Source of the DNA: Bacteroidota bacterium
GTDB taxonomy: Bacteria > Bacteroidota > Bacteroidia > CAILMK01
NCBI GenBank assembly: GCA_013288555.1
Contig: JABDBQ010000006.1
Location: 20,628-84,627, forward strand
Direction: 5' to 3'
Length of the DNA stretch: 64,000 bases
Positions 29,688 to 39,215 of the stretch are shown here, in pieces. A model generated the notes under the pieces. That model did no database searches. It was not told where the DNA came from and saw only the letters and a program-made list of their open reading frames with translations. The position numbers and the translations under genes are program-made. The first letter of the stretch is position 1. Each line of letters starts with the position of its first letter.

Positions 29688-30167
29688 TTGTATTTGGTTT
29701 TCTTTCACAACCCTGAAAGGGTTGAACAATAATAACCCCGGGTGCAGCCCGGGGATGAAATGGTATCGAACATACCAACCCAGAAGCGCAATGTCATTAA
29801 GTTAAGCCATAACATATTGGTATTTAGTGTTATGGTTACAGTCCCATAGGGACGATATTTTGGTAGAAACTTGGTCCATTCAGTTTTTGAGTGCCATAGG
29901 TACGATATTTTTCTTAGCGGAAAAGAGAAAAATGTCATCCCTATGGGATTCTAAAGAGCTAACGTATTTGATTTCTACTCCCGAACGCTCGGAACCATCC
30001 CTACGGTATTGAAAAACAAGGTATTAGATCCTTAACTTAAAGACATTGCCAGAATGGGTTGAACATCACAGTCAATATCTCTCATCATGCCCAATTCCAT
30101 GTTCTATGAGCAACTCATTCTATTCTGTTTATAGGTACTCATAGATATTACAATAATAAATCCGACA

Positions 30168-30260
30168 GTTCAACCCACTTCGGGGTTGTAAGACAATATT
30201 GCGTTTGAATTCACGGGTTGCACCCGCGGTTATTGAAGTTCAACCCCTTCGGGGTTATAA
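30168..30260. repeat. Family E repeat (caaccc-N4-gggttg hairpins)
   Basis: ~95 bp, similar to 41924..42020. A partial inverted copy lies at 29706..29754. Confidence 0.8.
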
Positions 30261-30282
30261 GTCAGTTAGTAAGTTGATTGAA

Positions 30283-30672
30283 TTATACCCCTTCGAGGAG
30301 TTCCTTTACCTTTCTCCCTATCAGATCCCTTACTTCTGCAAATTCTTTTGAATGCATTTCCCTTGGGTCAGGGATATTCCAGTCGATCCTGTTTTTTGTA
30401 CGCACATAAGGGCAAGCATCGCCGCAGCCCATGGTCACAACATAATCATATTCAATATCTGGTATATCATCCAGGCTTTTGGAATCATGCGTATTAAGAT
30501 CATATCCCAGTTCTTTCATAGAATCAATCGCTTTCGGATTGATGATTCCTGAAGGTTTAGATCCGGCACTATATGCTTCGATTTTATCGTCACCGTACAT
30601 CCTTGCAAAAGCCTGCGCCATCTGGCTTCTGTTTGCATTTTCAATGCATACAAACAGGATATTTTTTTTCAT
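30283..30672 (-). CDS. arsC: Arsenate reductase, LMW-PTP family
   Basis: The internal Met gives 'MKKNILFVCIENANRSQMA' (CX5R P-loop). 'MGCGDACPYV' is also present. A 4-nt ATGA overlap joins it to the upstream aquaporin gene. Confidence 0.8.
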   Translation of the reverse strand: MKKNILFVCIENANRSQMAQAFARMYGDDKIEAYSAGSKPSGIINPKAIDSMKELGYDLNTHDSKSLDDIPDIEYDYVVTMGCGDACPYVRTKNRIDWNIPDPREMHSKEFAEVRDLIGRKVKELLEGV

Positions 30673-31322
30673 TGATTTATTTTTTCTGATGCTAAAAGCT
30701 TGTGGGTTAAAACTGCCAGTATTGATCCGATACATGGTGCTGTGAGATAAATCCAGATGCTTGTTAAATGCCCCGATATAACCGCGGGGGCAAGACTCCT
30801 GAAAGGGTTCATAGACGCACCGCAGATGGGGCCTGCAAAAGCCGCTTCGAGTGCAATGATACTGCCTATGGCGATGCCAGCCATCATCCCTGTTTCTTTG
30901 GAACCATGGGATACCCTGATGATCACCAGCATGAGGAAATAAGTGAGGATTATTTCAAGCCAGAAGGATTGCATATCAGGCCCGGAAGGTATTGTGACAC
31001 CAAGGTTTATACTTGTTGGGAATAGATATTTTAATATAACGCTTGCCGCAAAAGCTCCTATAGCCTGACTCATAAAATAGGGAAGAATTTCTTTTAACGG
31101 GAATTTTCCTGCTAAAGTAAAGCCAAGTGTAACAGCAGGATTGAAATGCGCACCGGAAATATCACCCAACGCATAGATCATCCCCATCACAATCATTCCG
31201 AATGTTAAAGCAATGCCAAGATGTGTTACGGAGCCACCGGTCACTTCGTTGATGGTCATAGCTCCCGTACCACAAAAAACGAGGGCGAAAGTTCCGATGG
31301 TTTCAGCGAGATATTTTTTCAT
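30669..31322 (-). CDS. MIP/aquaporin-family channel (AqpS-like, probable arsenite channel)
   Basis: Two NPA-type boxes ('HFNPAVTLG', 'SMNPFRSLA') and six hydrophobic helices. It is embedded in the ars operon. Confidence 0.85.
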   Translation of the reverse strand: MKKYLAETIGTFALVFCGTGAMTINEVTGGSVTHLGIALTFGMIVMGMIYALGDISGAHFNPAVTLGFTLAGKFPLKEILPYFMSQAIGAFAASVILKYLFPTSINLGVTIPSGPDMQSFWLEIILTYFLMLVIIRVSHGSKETGMMAGIAIGSIIALEAAFAGPICGASMNPFRSLAPAVISGHLTSIWIYLTAPCIGSILAVLTHKLLASEKINQ

Positions 31323-31743
31323 GATAATTCTTTACGAATTCTTCGATTTTTGATTTGATTTTATCTCTTAATAACCTTGCTTTTTCAAGCTTTTCATCCC
31401 GTGTTCCCGAGAACTTTGACGGGTCTTCAAATGACCAGTGAAGCCGTTTTACATTTCCGGGAAAAATCGGACAACCTTCTGCTTCAGATTCATGGCAAAC
31501 CGTAATGACATAAGCATAGAAACGATTTTGTTTGAAATACGCGAAGACACTATTGCTGGTTTTATTTGAAATGTCAATCCCGTTTTCTTTCAGGACCTCA
31601 ATAGCCAGCGGATTGATTGGGGAAGGTTCGAAACCTGCACTTTCGGCTTCAAATTCCTCCCCATAATAATGATTTAATATCGCCTCAGAGATCTGGCTTC
31701 TCCCGGCGTTATGATTGCAGATAAAAAGGACCCTGACTTTCAT
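31303..31743 (-). CDS. arsC: Arsenate reductase, thioredoxin-coupled LMW-PTP type
   Basis: 'VLFICNHNAGRSQ' and 'VITVCHESEAEGCPIFPGNVKRLHWSFEDPS' match the B. subtilis / pI258 ArsC Cys triad layout. Confidence 0.85.
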   Translation of the reverse strand: MKVRVLFICNHNAGRSQISEAILNHYYGEEFEAESAGFEPSPINPLAIEVLKENGIDISNKTSNSVFAYFKQNRFYAYVITVCHESEAEGCPIFPGNVKRLHWSFEDPSKFSGTRDEKLEKARLLRDKIKSKIEEFVKNYHEKISR

Positions 31744-31777
31744 AAATCAATTTTTTAATTTTTTATTCATTCAATTA

Positions 31778-32620
31778 TCATTTACAACAATCTGGTCCAC
31801 AGCAGTCTTCAGGCTTATCACCATAAACTGTAATGCTGAAAATTCCTGCCTGGCTGTCACGGTATTCATTGATCTGATCTTTATTGATATAATTTGAAAG
31901 AATATCATCAGGCAGCTCGATCTGTTTTTCTTTTTGGATGGTGATATTTACAAAACCTGAGGTCTTAATGATCTCCAGGTAATCATCTTTTTGTACTGCG
32001 CCTGAAACACATCCTGCATACATTTCTGCTGCTTTCTGAATATTGGCGGGCAGGCCTCCGGTGAGTACAACATCAGAAATACTGAAATGTCCTCCGGGTT
32101 TCAGGATACGATATATTTCACTGAAAGCCTTTTGTTTATCCGGTACTAAATTCAATACACAGTTGCTGATCACCACATCTGCCTTATTTGCTGTCATCGG
32201 GATTTTTTCAATATCCCCCTGCCTGAATTCAACATTATTCAGTCCAAGTTTTTCGGCATTTTCCCTGGCTTTTTCAATCATTACATCCGTAAAATCAATA
32301 CCAATCACTTTTCCAGACACTCCTGTTATAGCACGTGCCACAAAGCAATCATTTCCGGCTCCAGAGCCGAGGTCCACTACAGTATCACCTGATTTAATTT
32401 GTGCAAATTCAGTCGGCAGTCCACAACCAAGTCCCAGGTCGGCATCAGCATGGTAGCCTTCTTTGCCTGCATAGTTTTCACTGAAAATGGTATAATCAAC
32501 TGTGGCACATCCTCCTATTCCGCAGCAGGAACTTTCATTCTGCACTTTGGATTGAAGCGCTATTTCACTGTATTTTTCTTTTACTAAGTTTTTGAGATTT
32601 TCTGATGTTTCCATAATCAT
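31778..32620 (-). CDS. arsM: Arsenite S-adenosylmethionine methyltransferase
   Basis: SAM motif 'VVDLGSGAGNDCF', conserved Cys pairs ('SSCCG', 'AGCVSGA') and a Cys-rich tail 'CCGPDCCK'. Confidence 0.85.
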   Translation of the reverse strand: MIMETSENLKNLVKEKYSEIALQSKVQNESSCCGIGGCATVDYTIFSENYAGKEGYHADADLGLGCGLPTEFAQIKSGDTVVDLGSGAGNDCFVARAITGVSGKVIGIDFTDVMIEKARENAEKLGLNNVEFRQGDIEKIPMTANKADVVISNCVLNLVPDKQKAFSEIYRILKPGGHFSISDVVLTGGLPANIQKAAEMYAGCVSGAVQKDDYLEIIKTSGFVNITIQKEKQIELPDDILSNYINKDQINEYRDSQAGIFSITVYGDKPEDCCGPDCCK

Positions 32621-32660
32621 ATTTTTATCGGTTTATTACGATGAATTCGAACAAATTTTT

Positions 32661-32990
32661 TTAGCAGCAATTCTTTGGTGAAGGGAATGAAGTAAACAGT
32701 GAACCAAACACTGCATTCACTTCTTCCCATACGACTTCGTTAATGCAATAACAGGTTTTTGCCCCGCTGATTTCTCCTTTAATGATCCCGGCATCTTTCA
32801 GTTCTTTCAGGTGCTGGGACACCGTTGCCTGCGCAAGCGGAAGTTCATCCACAATATCGCCACAAACGCAGCTGTTGCAGCTTATCAGGTACTGCAATAT
32901 GGCTATTCGCGCAGGGTGTCCGATAGCCTTAGCGAGTTGCGCAATTCGAACCTGGCTTGCCGTGAAATTTTCTGTTTTTGTGATACCCAT
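32661..32990 (-). CDS. arsR: ArsR/SmtB family metalloregulator
   Basis: 'HPARIAILQYL...CVCGDIVDELPLAQATVSQHLKELKDAGII'. Confidence 0.9.
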   Translation of the reverse strand: MGITKTENFTASQVRIAQLAKAIGHPARIAILQYLISCNSCVCGDIVDELPLAQATVSQHLKELKDAGIIKGEISGAKTCYCINEVVWEEVNAVFGSLFTSFPSPKNCC

Positions 32991-33231
32991 AGTAATTCAA
33001 TCGCAATATTACGATGAATATTTGAAACGAGCAAGAATTTTTATAAAGAAAATAAATGGTCATAAATATTGCATTTATAAATCATTGCAATCTGATGGTT
33101 AAGATACGTACTAACAGGTGGCTGACGGCTTTTACTTTTAATTGAAATCAAGACTTCAAAACCGTGAGATCCGGATTGTTTAAACAATATGCCCGTGGTT
33201 CTGTTAGTGCTGGTATTAAATAAATAAAATA

Positions 33232-33549
33232 ATGAAATACATCTTCTTACTATTCTGTGTCGTATTATGTTCTTGCGCAAAAGGACCTTATGCTGTAAAA
33301 TATACGGCTACAGGCAATTCGGGGACCTTATATGTTTCCTATATTGATGAAAACGGAAATACGCAAAACTATACAGGTACGAGCCCATGGTCATACAGTA
33401 TGTCTGTAAAAAGTGGTGCCTCTCTGCAGGTTAGCGCGCATTGTGACGTATCTGGTACATCTGAAGTGCACGTATTTATCAATAATGTTGATAAAGTGAG
33501 TGATACTGAAACCGGTGTCAATGCTACAGCTTCCACCAAGGCGCAATAG
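33232..33549 (+). CDS. Small lipoprotein, tandem paralogue 1
   Basis: Lipobox 'LCSCA'. About 70% identical to 33690..34019. The pattern 'KYTATGNSGTLYVSYIDENGN...SPW' is reminiscent of MmpS-like beta-sandwiches (speculative). Confidence 0.6.
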   Translation: MKYIFLLFCVVLCSCAKGPYAVKYTATGNSGTLYVSYIDENGNTQNYTGTSPWSYSMSVKSGASLQVSAHCDVSGTSEVHVFINNVDKVSDTETGVNATASTKAQ

Positions 33550-33689
33550 ACAGTTTCAGAATATATTTAAGTATGCCTGCTAAAAGGAAATATATGATTT
33601 GATTATCAATATATTACGGTTTTAATGATTGATTCTTTGAACAATATGTTTCATGTGATGGTCTACATTAAAATCAAAAGAATAAAACA

Positions 33690-34019
33690 ATGAAACATCT
33701 CTTCATTTCCCTGTTATTGGTTTTTACCATAGTTTTAAGTTCATGCACACAAGGACCCTATGCCGTAAAATATACAGCAAGCGGAAACTCAGGCACATTG
33801 TATGTTACCTATATTGATGAAAATGGAATTACCGAGAATTATACGGGTCCCAGTCCCTGGCATTACAGTTTTACCACAAGGTACGGCGCCTCATTAAAAG
33901 TAAGTGCAAACTGTGATGTAACAGGTACAACCGAAGTGCATATATTTATTAATGGAGTAGACAAAGTGAGTGACACCGAAACAGGCTTCAATGCTACGGC
34001 TTCTACTAAGGCGGAGTAG
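33690..34019 (+). CDS. Small lipoprotein, tandem paralogue 2
   Basis: Lipobox 'LSSCT'. Paralogue of 33232..33549. Confidence 0.6.
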   Translation: MKHLFISLLLVFTIVLSSCTQGPYAVKYTASGNSGTLYVTYIDENGITENYTGPSPWHYSFTTRYGASLKVSANCDVTGTTEVHIFINGVDKVSDTETGFNATASTKAE

Positions 34020-34093
34020 GCAGATTCAGAATGATCTGTTAGCGAAATAATTTGAGTCAATCTATTGCCAATCGTAGACGCGATTTCGTTACC

Positions 34094-35328
34094 TCAGTTA
34101 CCAAAAATATCGGGTATTTTTATATGTTCCTGCCGAATACCCAGCCCAAACCAGCGGGCGGTAAGGAAATGCATAAAGGGAAATATCCCGAACAGTCTGA
34201 ATAAAAAGGGGATTTTGTGGTTTGCTTTTTCTTTGCTTATAATATTCTTGAGGATATTATCCTGCATAAATCTTTGCAGCCTTTGCGTTACGGCCGTAGG
34301 GAATTCCCTCCTTTTTTGGACAGCTTTTAATGGTTCAGTGCTTGTTAAATTATGCTTGTCAAGGTATGGATATAAAATATTTGCAGCTGCCACAGCATCC
34401 TGTATCGCCAGGTTAATCCCGACGCCTCCTACCGGAGACATGGCATGAGCTGCATCGCCAATGCAAAGCAACCCGGGCTTGTACCATTTGCGGAGCCGAT
34501 CAATTTTTACTGTCAGTAATTTAATATCATCCCAGCTTTTTAATTCATCCATCCTGCCTGATATCCAGGGTACTACATTGGTAATATTTTCTTTAAATGC
34601 CGGCAAGCCTTTACTTTTTAACTTTGCCGCGCCATTTTTTGGGATCACATAGCCGCATTGAAAATATTTATCTCGACTGAACAGTACCAGTATCCGCCCA
34701 TTATGCACCTGGAAAAAAGGTATTGTTGCTTCATCTGCGTTTCTGGACAACCGGAACCATAAAACATCAACCGCAGAATGAAAATCCCGTACTTGTAACC
34801 TTGCTTCTTCCCGCATAACAGAACTTCTGCCATCGGCACCAATAACAAGTTCTGCATCTATTTCAAGCGCACCATCTTTGCTCTGCACTTTTACTCCTTT
34901 CACAATTCCCTTTTGATGAATCAGACCTTTTGCTTCCGCTTCCATGATGAGTTTAAATCCAGGGTAGGCTTTGGCTTGTTTCTCCAGGAAATTAAGGAAA
35001 TCCCATTGGGGCATCATACCCAGACAAGGGTGGGCAGTTTTCAAATGCCTGAAATCAGCAATCTTTACTTTGGATTGTTCTACAGATACACTCATTTCCT
35101 AAACTCCTCGTGTGGTACTTTTAGAAACTCTTTTAATAGTCCTAATTCACTCATCAGGTTAAAGGTAGAAGGGTGAATGGTATCTCCCCTGAAATCCCTG
35201 AAGAAATCTTTATGCTTTTCAAGAACAATTACTTCAATTCCAGCGCGTGCCAACAGAAACCCAAGCATCATTCCAGCGGGTCCGCCACCGGCTATGCAAC
35301 AGGTAGTCTGAAGTTTTTTGACAGGCAT
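34094..35328 (-). pseudogene. FAD-dependent monooxygenase split by a -1 frameshift (78 aa + 333 aa)
   Basis: The N-terminal ORF has 'CCIAGGGPAGMMLGFLLARAG...RGDTIHPST' (FAD fold). The C-terminal ORF has 'CIGDAAHAMSPVGGVGINLAIQDA'. The junction reads AGG AAA TGA GT at 35092..35100, an A-run. Confidence 0.65.
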
Positions 35329-35503
35329 AGATTTTTTAGATATAAAGGTTTAGGATAGGGTAATTGTTCTGGGATAGGGATATAATAACATTGCGGAACA
35401 CCCTGCTTGTTGCAGACGGTGATTTACAGATTGGCGGATAAAACAGGATTTTTTAAATCATGTCAATCACAAAAATCATATAAATCTTAGTTCGGACAAT
35501 TTC

Positions 35504-36802
35504 TCACCTCTCAAAAAATCCCTTCAGCTTCTCGACCATATAGTCGAAATGCGTGGCATCCAACCCGGGCCAGATACCGAGCCAGAAAGAGCGGTTCATT
35601 ACGATATCTGTATTGGTGAGGTCTTCTACCACACGGTGTTTGATATGCTGGTATGCCGGCTGTTTAATGAGGTTTCCGGCGAAGAGCAGACGGGTGCCTA
35701 CTTTCTCTGCTTCAAGATATTGGGTAAGCTCGGTACGATCAATACTTTCATTGCGCAAAGTCAATAAAAACCCGAACCAGCTTGGGTCTGAGTTTGGCGT
35801 AGCTTCAGGAAGGATCAGGTGTTCTTCCAAAGGTTTCAGCCTGTCATAGAGCAGCTTGTGGTTTTCGCGTCTTTTTTGTACGAAATAATCAGCTTTTTCA
35901 AGCTGGCCCAACCCAATAGCTGCCTGGGTATCTGTTACCTTCAGGTTATATCCTATATGAGAATAAGTGTATTTATGATCATATCCAAAAGGCAGGTCGC
36001 CCAGTTGCCATTCGAAACGTTTGTTGCAGGTATTTTCTTTGCCCGGATCGCAATAGCAGTCCCGTCCCCAATCGCGGAAACTTTCTGCCAGCAGTTTCAG
36101 TTTCATATCGTTGATCAAAACCGCACCGCCTTCACCCATGGTAATGTGATGGGCCGGATAGAATGAAACCGTAGCCAGACTGCCAAAAGAACCTGTTTTT
36201 TTGCCGTTATAAGTCGCGCCCAGGGCATCGCAATTGTCTTCAATTACAAATAAATCATGCTTTTGAGCTACTTCCATCACAGCTTCCAGGTTGAATGGAT
36301 TGCCAAGGGTATGGGCCATCATAATGGCTTTAGTCTTCGGGCTTATCGCAGCTTCCAGCTGATGCACTTTGAAATCATACGTAGGAATATCAATATCCAT
36401 GAAAACAGGTACACAGCCGAACTGGATCATCGGGTTTACCGTTGTTGGGAAGCCAGCAGCAACCGTTATCACTTCGTCCCCCGGTTTCAGGGCTTTGTCG
36501 CCAAGCTTGGACGATGTAAGCGCATTAAATGCCACCAGGTTTGCGGAAGAACCGGAATTGACCAGTAATGATATCTTGGAGCCAAAATACTTGGCAAACT
36601 TGCGTTCGAATTCTTTGGCATAACGTCCTGTGGTGAGCCATCCATCCAGCACAGCATCTACGCCGAGGAGGATATCATGGGCATCAATGACCTTGCCTGT
36701 CGGTGGAATATAGTCCACACCGGGGGTGATAGGTTTAAATACGGCCTTTCCTGCCTGTTCCTGCAGAAGATCGAGTAAAGGGCCTTCTATATTTTTGTAC
36801 AT
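35504..36802 (-). CDS. rfbH: CDP-6-deoxy-L-threo-D-glycero-4-hexulose-3-dehydrase (RfbH/DdhC, E1)
   Basis: Extensive identity by eye to Salmonella RfbH: [71 protein letters not shown] and [10 protein letters not shown]. Confidence 0.9.
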   Translation of the reverse strand: MYKNIEGPLLDLLQEQAGKAVFKPITPGVDYIPPTGKVIDAHDILLGVDAVLDGWLTTGRYAKEFERKFAKYFGSKISLLVNSGSSANLVAFNALTSSKLGDKALKPGDEVITVAAGFPTTVNPMIQFGCVPVFMDIDIPTYDFKVHQLEAAISPKTKAIMMAHTLGNPFNLEAVMEVAQKHDLFVIEDNCDALGATYNGKKTGSFGSLATVSFYPAHHITMGEGGAVLINDMKLKLLAESFRDWGRDCYCDPGKENTCNKRFEWQLGDLPFGYDHKYTYSHIGYNLKVTDTQAAIGLGQLEKADYFVQKRRENHKLLYDRLKPLEEHLILPEATPNSDPSWFGFLLTLRNESIDRTELTQYLEAEKVGTRLLFAGNLIKQPAYQHIKHRVVEDLTNTDIVMNRSFWLGIWPGLDATHFDYMVEKLKGFFER

Positions 36803-36892
36803 GAGGCGAAATTAAGTGAACTATTCGAGAATTTGAAAATTTGAGGATTTGAGAATGGTATTAAAAAGTATAAACCTGAATTGTTAACAGGT

Positions 36893-38506
36893 TCAGATTT
36901 GGGCTGTTTTTCGATATAACCAGGCTTTATTATGGATCGATTTCTTTTCTAACATATAATGTTTTGAAAGCTCAAAAAGCAGGCTTTTTCTTTTATTGAT
37001 GCCTCTGCTTTCATCCCAGATCAAAATATAATCAGGCCAGTTTCCAACCTTATTGGAATATTTCAGAACAGCTGAATCTGAAATCATTTCCCCATTTTCC
37101 TGGAAATATCCTGACGGACTTTTTTCAGCTTTCCATTTTATCGGGAAATAGCTTTGCTCGGCTTCATAATTTGCAAGACATATCAGTTTTTTTTCCAGGC
37201 TGATATAATTGGCAGCATGCTGAAATATATTGATATCAATATCTCTTGTGGTATCAACCGGCGAACCGTCCGGGTTCGATTTTTGAATGATAAATGGCAA
37301 CAGGGTTTTACCTTTAGGAATATTGTTTTCAAGACTCATAAATTCATGGAATTCAGACTGTTCATCAAGAAAATGATAAGACCTGAAACCGAGCCAGAAT
37401 ATCGCAAATGCAAAAAAGAGATACGCTGAATATTTTTTGAGATTTTCAGGATAGGAATACGCGGAAATACATATGATTGCGATGATATTGCTGTATAAGA
37501 TCAGCCTGATGAGGATAACACTTCCACCGGCAATTTCTTCCGGAGAAAAAAAGGTGAGTATGGAGAAAAGGGCAAAAAAAAGATAAAGGATATCCAGTCT
37601 GTAAAAGCGCTTGTTTTTAATTCTGATCGCAAGGTTATATATAAAAAAGAAAACCAGGATGGCTGCAAACACGGTACAAATCCTAAGGTCAGTTTTGCCC
37701 ATGAAATATAATCCATAATTCTGTAACTGGTCTATGATATATACTTTTACATATCTCCGGGTAAATACAGTTTCAGTTCCGCTTCCCCTGAAAAACATAA
37801 CAAAAAAGATAATGGAAGGCAGCAGGCTCAATATAAAAATTGATATTCTCTGTGAAACGAATAACGATGCATTATTCCTGATCCTGATATCATGGACCCA
37901 TTCCGACACAATAAATACCCCGATCATCATGCATAAAATGACAAAAGAAACCGGGTGACTGAAATAGGTTAGGGTAACCAGGAATAAAAAAACAAAAAAT
38001 CTTTTTATGCTGATAAGTCCCTGGTATTTAAGCCAATAGCCTGTCGCATAAAAAAATAAAATAATGCTGAAACAGAAGTTAAAAAAGCCGAGATATAAAG
38101 TGATATTATAGATCAGCGGAAAAATGAGCAGTGCAATAAAGCTGCTGTTCGGATTGATCTGCCGGATGAGAAAACGGAATGAAAGAGGAAGAAACAGAAC
38201 ATATATAACCAGGAATATTTTTTCGGCTACAAATGCCGGAAAAACCATCATAAATAAAGAATAAAAAACAGTCACAAGCCAGTTAGGGTTGGGTACTTTA
38301 TTGATTTCAAAATAATTAGCAAAAACTGAATGGGGATGGCAAATCAAATCCTTAAAAACAAAGGCATTATACAAATGCGAAGGCCCATCCTGGGTAAGGA
38401 AATATTTTCCAAAAAAGAGAGGGATAAGGTGAAGGAAAAGGAGGGAATAAAATAATCTGTTTACAACCTTCTGATTGGATAAACCGAAATGCCCAGACTT
38501 GAGCAT
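36893..38506 (-). CDS. Polytopic membrane protein (12+ TM) in the sugar cluster, possibly a GT-C-like glycosyltransferase or polymerase
   Basis: ~537 aa and highly hydrophobic, with a soluble C-terminal ~150 aa. No family was recognised. Confidence 0.5.
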   Translation of the reverse strand: MLKSGHFGLSNQKVVNRLFYSLLFLHLIPLFFGKYFLTQDGPSHLYNAFVFKDLICHPHSVFANYFEINKVPNPNWLVTVFYSLFMMVFPAFVAEKIFLVIYVLFLPLSFRFLIRQINPNSSFIALLIFPLIYNITLYLGFFNFCFSIILFFYATGYWLKYQGLISIKRFFVFLFLVTLTYFSHPVSFVILCMMIGVFIVSEWVHDIRIRNNASLFVSQRISIFILSLLPSIIFFVMFFRGSGTETVFTRRYVKVYIIDQLQNYGLYFMGKTDLRICTVFAAILVFFFIYNLAIRIKNKRFYRLDILYLFFALFSILTFFSPEEIAGGSVILIRLILYSNIIAIICISAYSYPENLKKYSAYLFFAFAIFWLGFRSYHFLDEQSEFHEFMSLENNIPKGKTLLPFIIQKSNPDGSPVDTTRDIDINIFQHAANYISLEKKLICLANYEAEQSYFPIKWKAEKSPSGYFQENGEMISDSAVLKYSNKVGNWPDYILIWDESRGINKRKSLLFELSKHYMLEKKSIHNKAWLYRKTAQI

Positions 38507-38507
38507 A

Positions 38508-39044
38508 TCAGAATTTTGACTCAAAATCATCCAATTTTATAAAACCCAAATCTCTGTCAGACACTATCGGGTGGGCTACCGGCCAGTGATAACCAAAAGA
38601 ATCATAACGAATACCGCTATCATGCTCTTTATTGTAGACACTGGTTGTCATATAATTCAATATTGCCTTGTCTGAAAGCGCACAAAAGCCATGTGCCAGT
38701 CCGCGAGGCAGATAGAGCATAGCTTTCTGAACATCATCCAGCTGATAGGTGCGGAACTGCTTGTATGTCGGTGATTTTTTTCTAAGGTCAAGAATAACAT
38801 CAAGTACTGAACCCTGGATCACAAAAACAAGCTTTGCGTGATCGTGTGGCGGCAACTGGAAATGCATACCGCGGACGGCTCCCTTGACAGATTCTGAATA
38901 ATAGCTTTCTTTAAAATCTGTTTCAAGTTTATGACGTGCAAAATCGCCGGCATGGAATGTTTTCACAAAACTTCCTCGGCTGTCTTCAGCAATAATCGGC
39001 TTGATGAGGTACAGGCCGTGAATATGTTGTTTTATGAATTCCAT
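38508..39044 (-). CDS. dTDP-4-dehydrorhamnose 3,5-epimerase-like (RmlC cupin) sugar epimerase
   Basis: 'DSRGSF', 'RGMHFQLPPHDHAKLV' and 'LYLPRGLAHGF' are RmlC motifs. Confidence 0.8.
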   Translation of the reverse strand: MEFIKQHIHGLYLIKPIIAEDSRGSFVKTFHAGDFARHKLETDFKESYYSESVKGAVRGMHFQLPPHDHAKLVFVIQGSVLDVILDLRKKSPTYKQFRTYQLDDVQKAMLYLPRGLAHGFCALSDKAILNYMTTSVYNKEHDSGIRYDSFGYHWPVAHPIVSDRDLGFIKLDDFESKF

Positions 39045-39215
39045 AAAAAAAGAATCTCAGGCAAAGAACGTAAATATCCGACAAATAAAATTAACCGCAA
39101 AGAACGCAATGGTATCGCAGAGTGACAAAAGAAAAATTATGAGTATCAGACTTTATTCTCTTTTAACTTCTTAGCGCTCTTTGCGCAACCTTAGCGTTCT
39201 TTGCGGTTAACCCCC

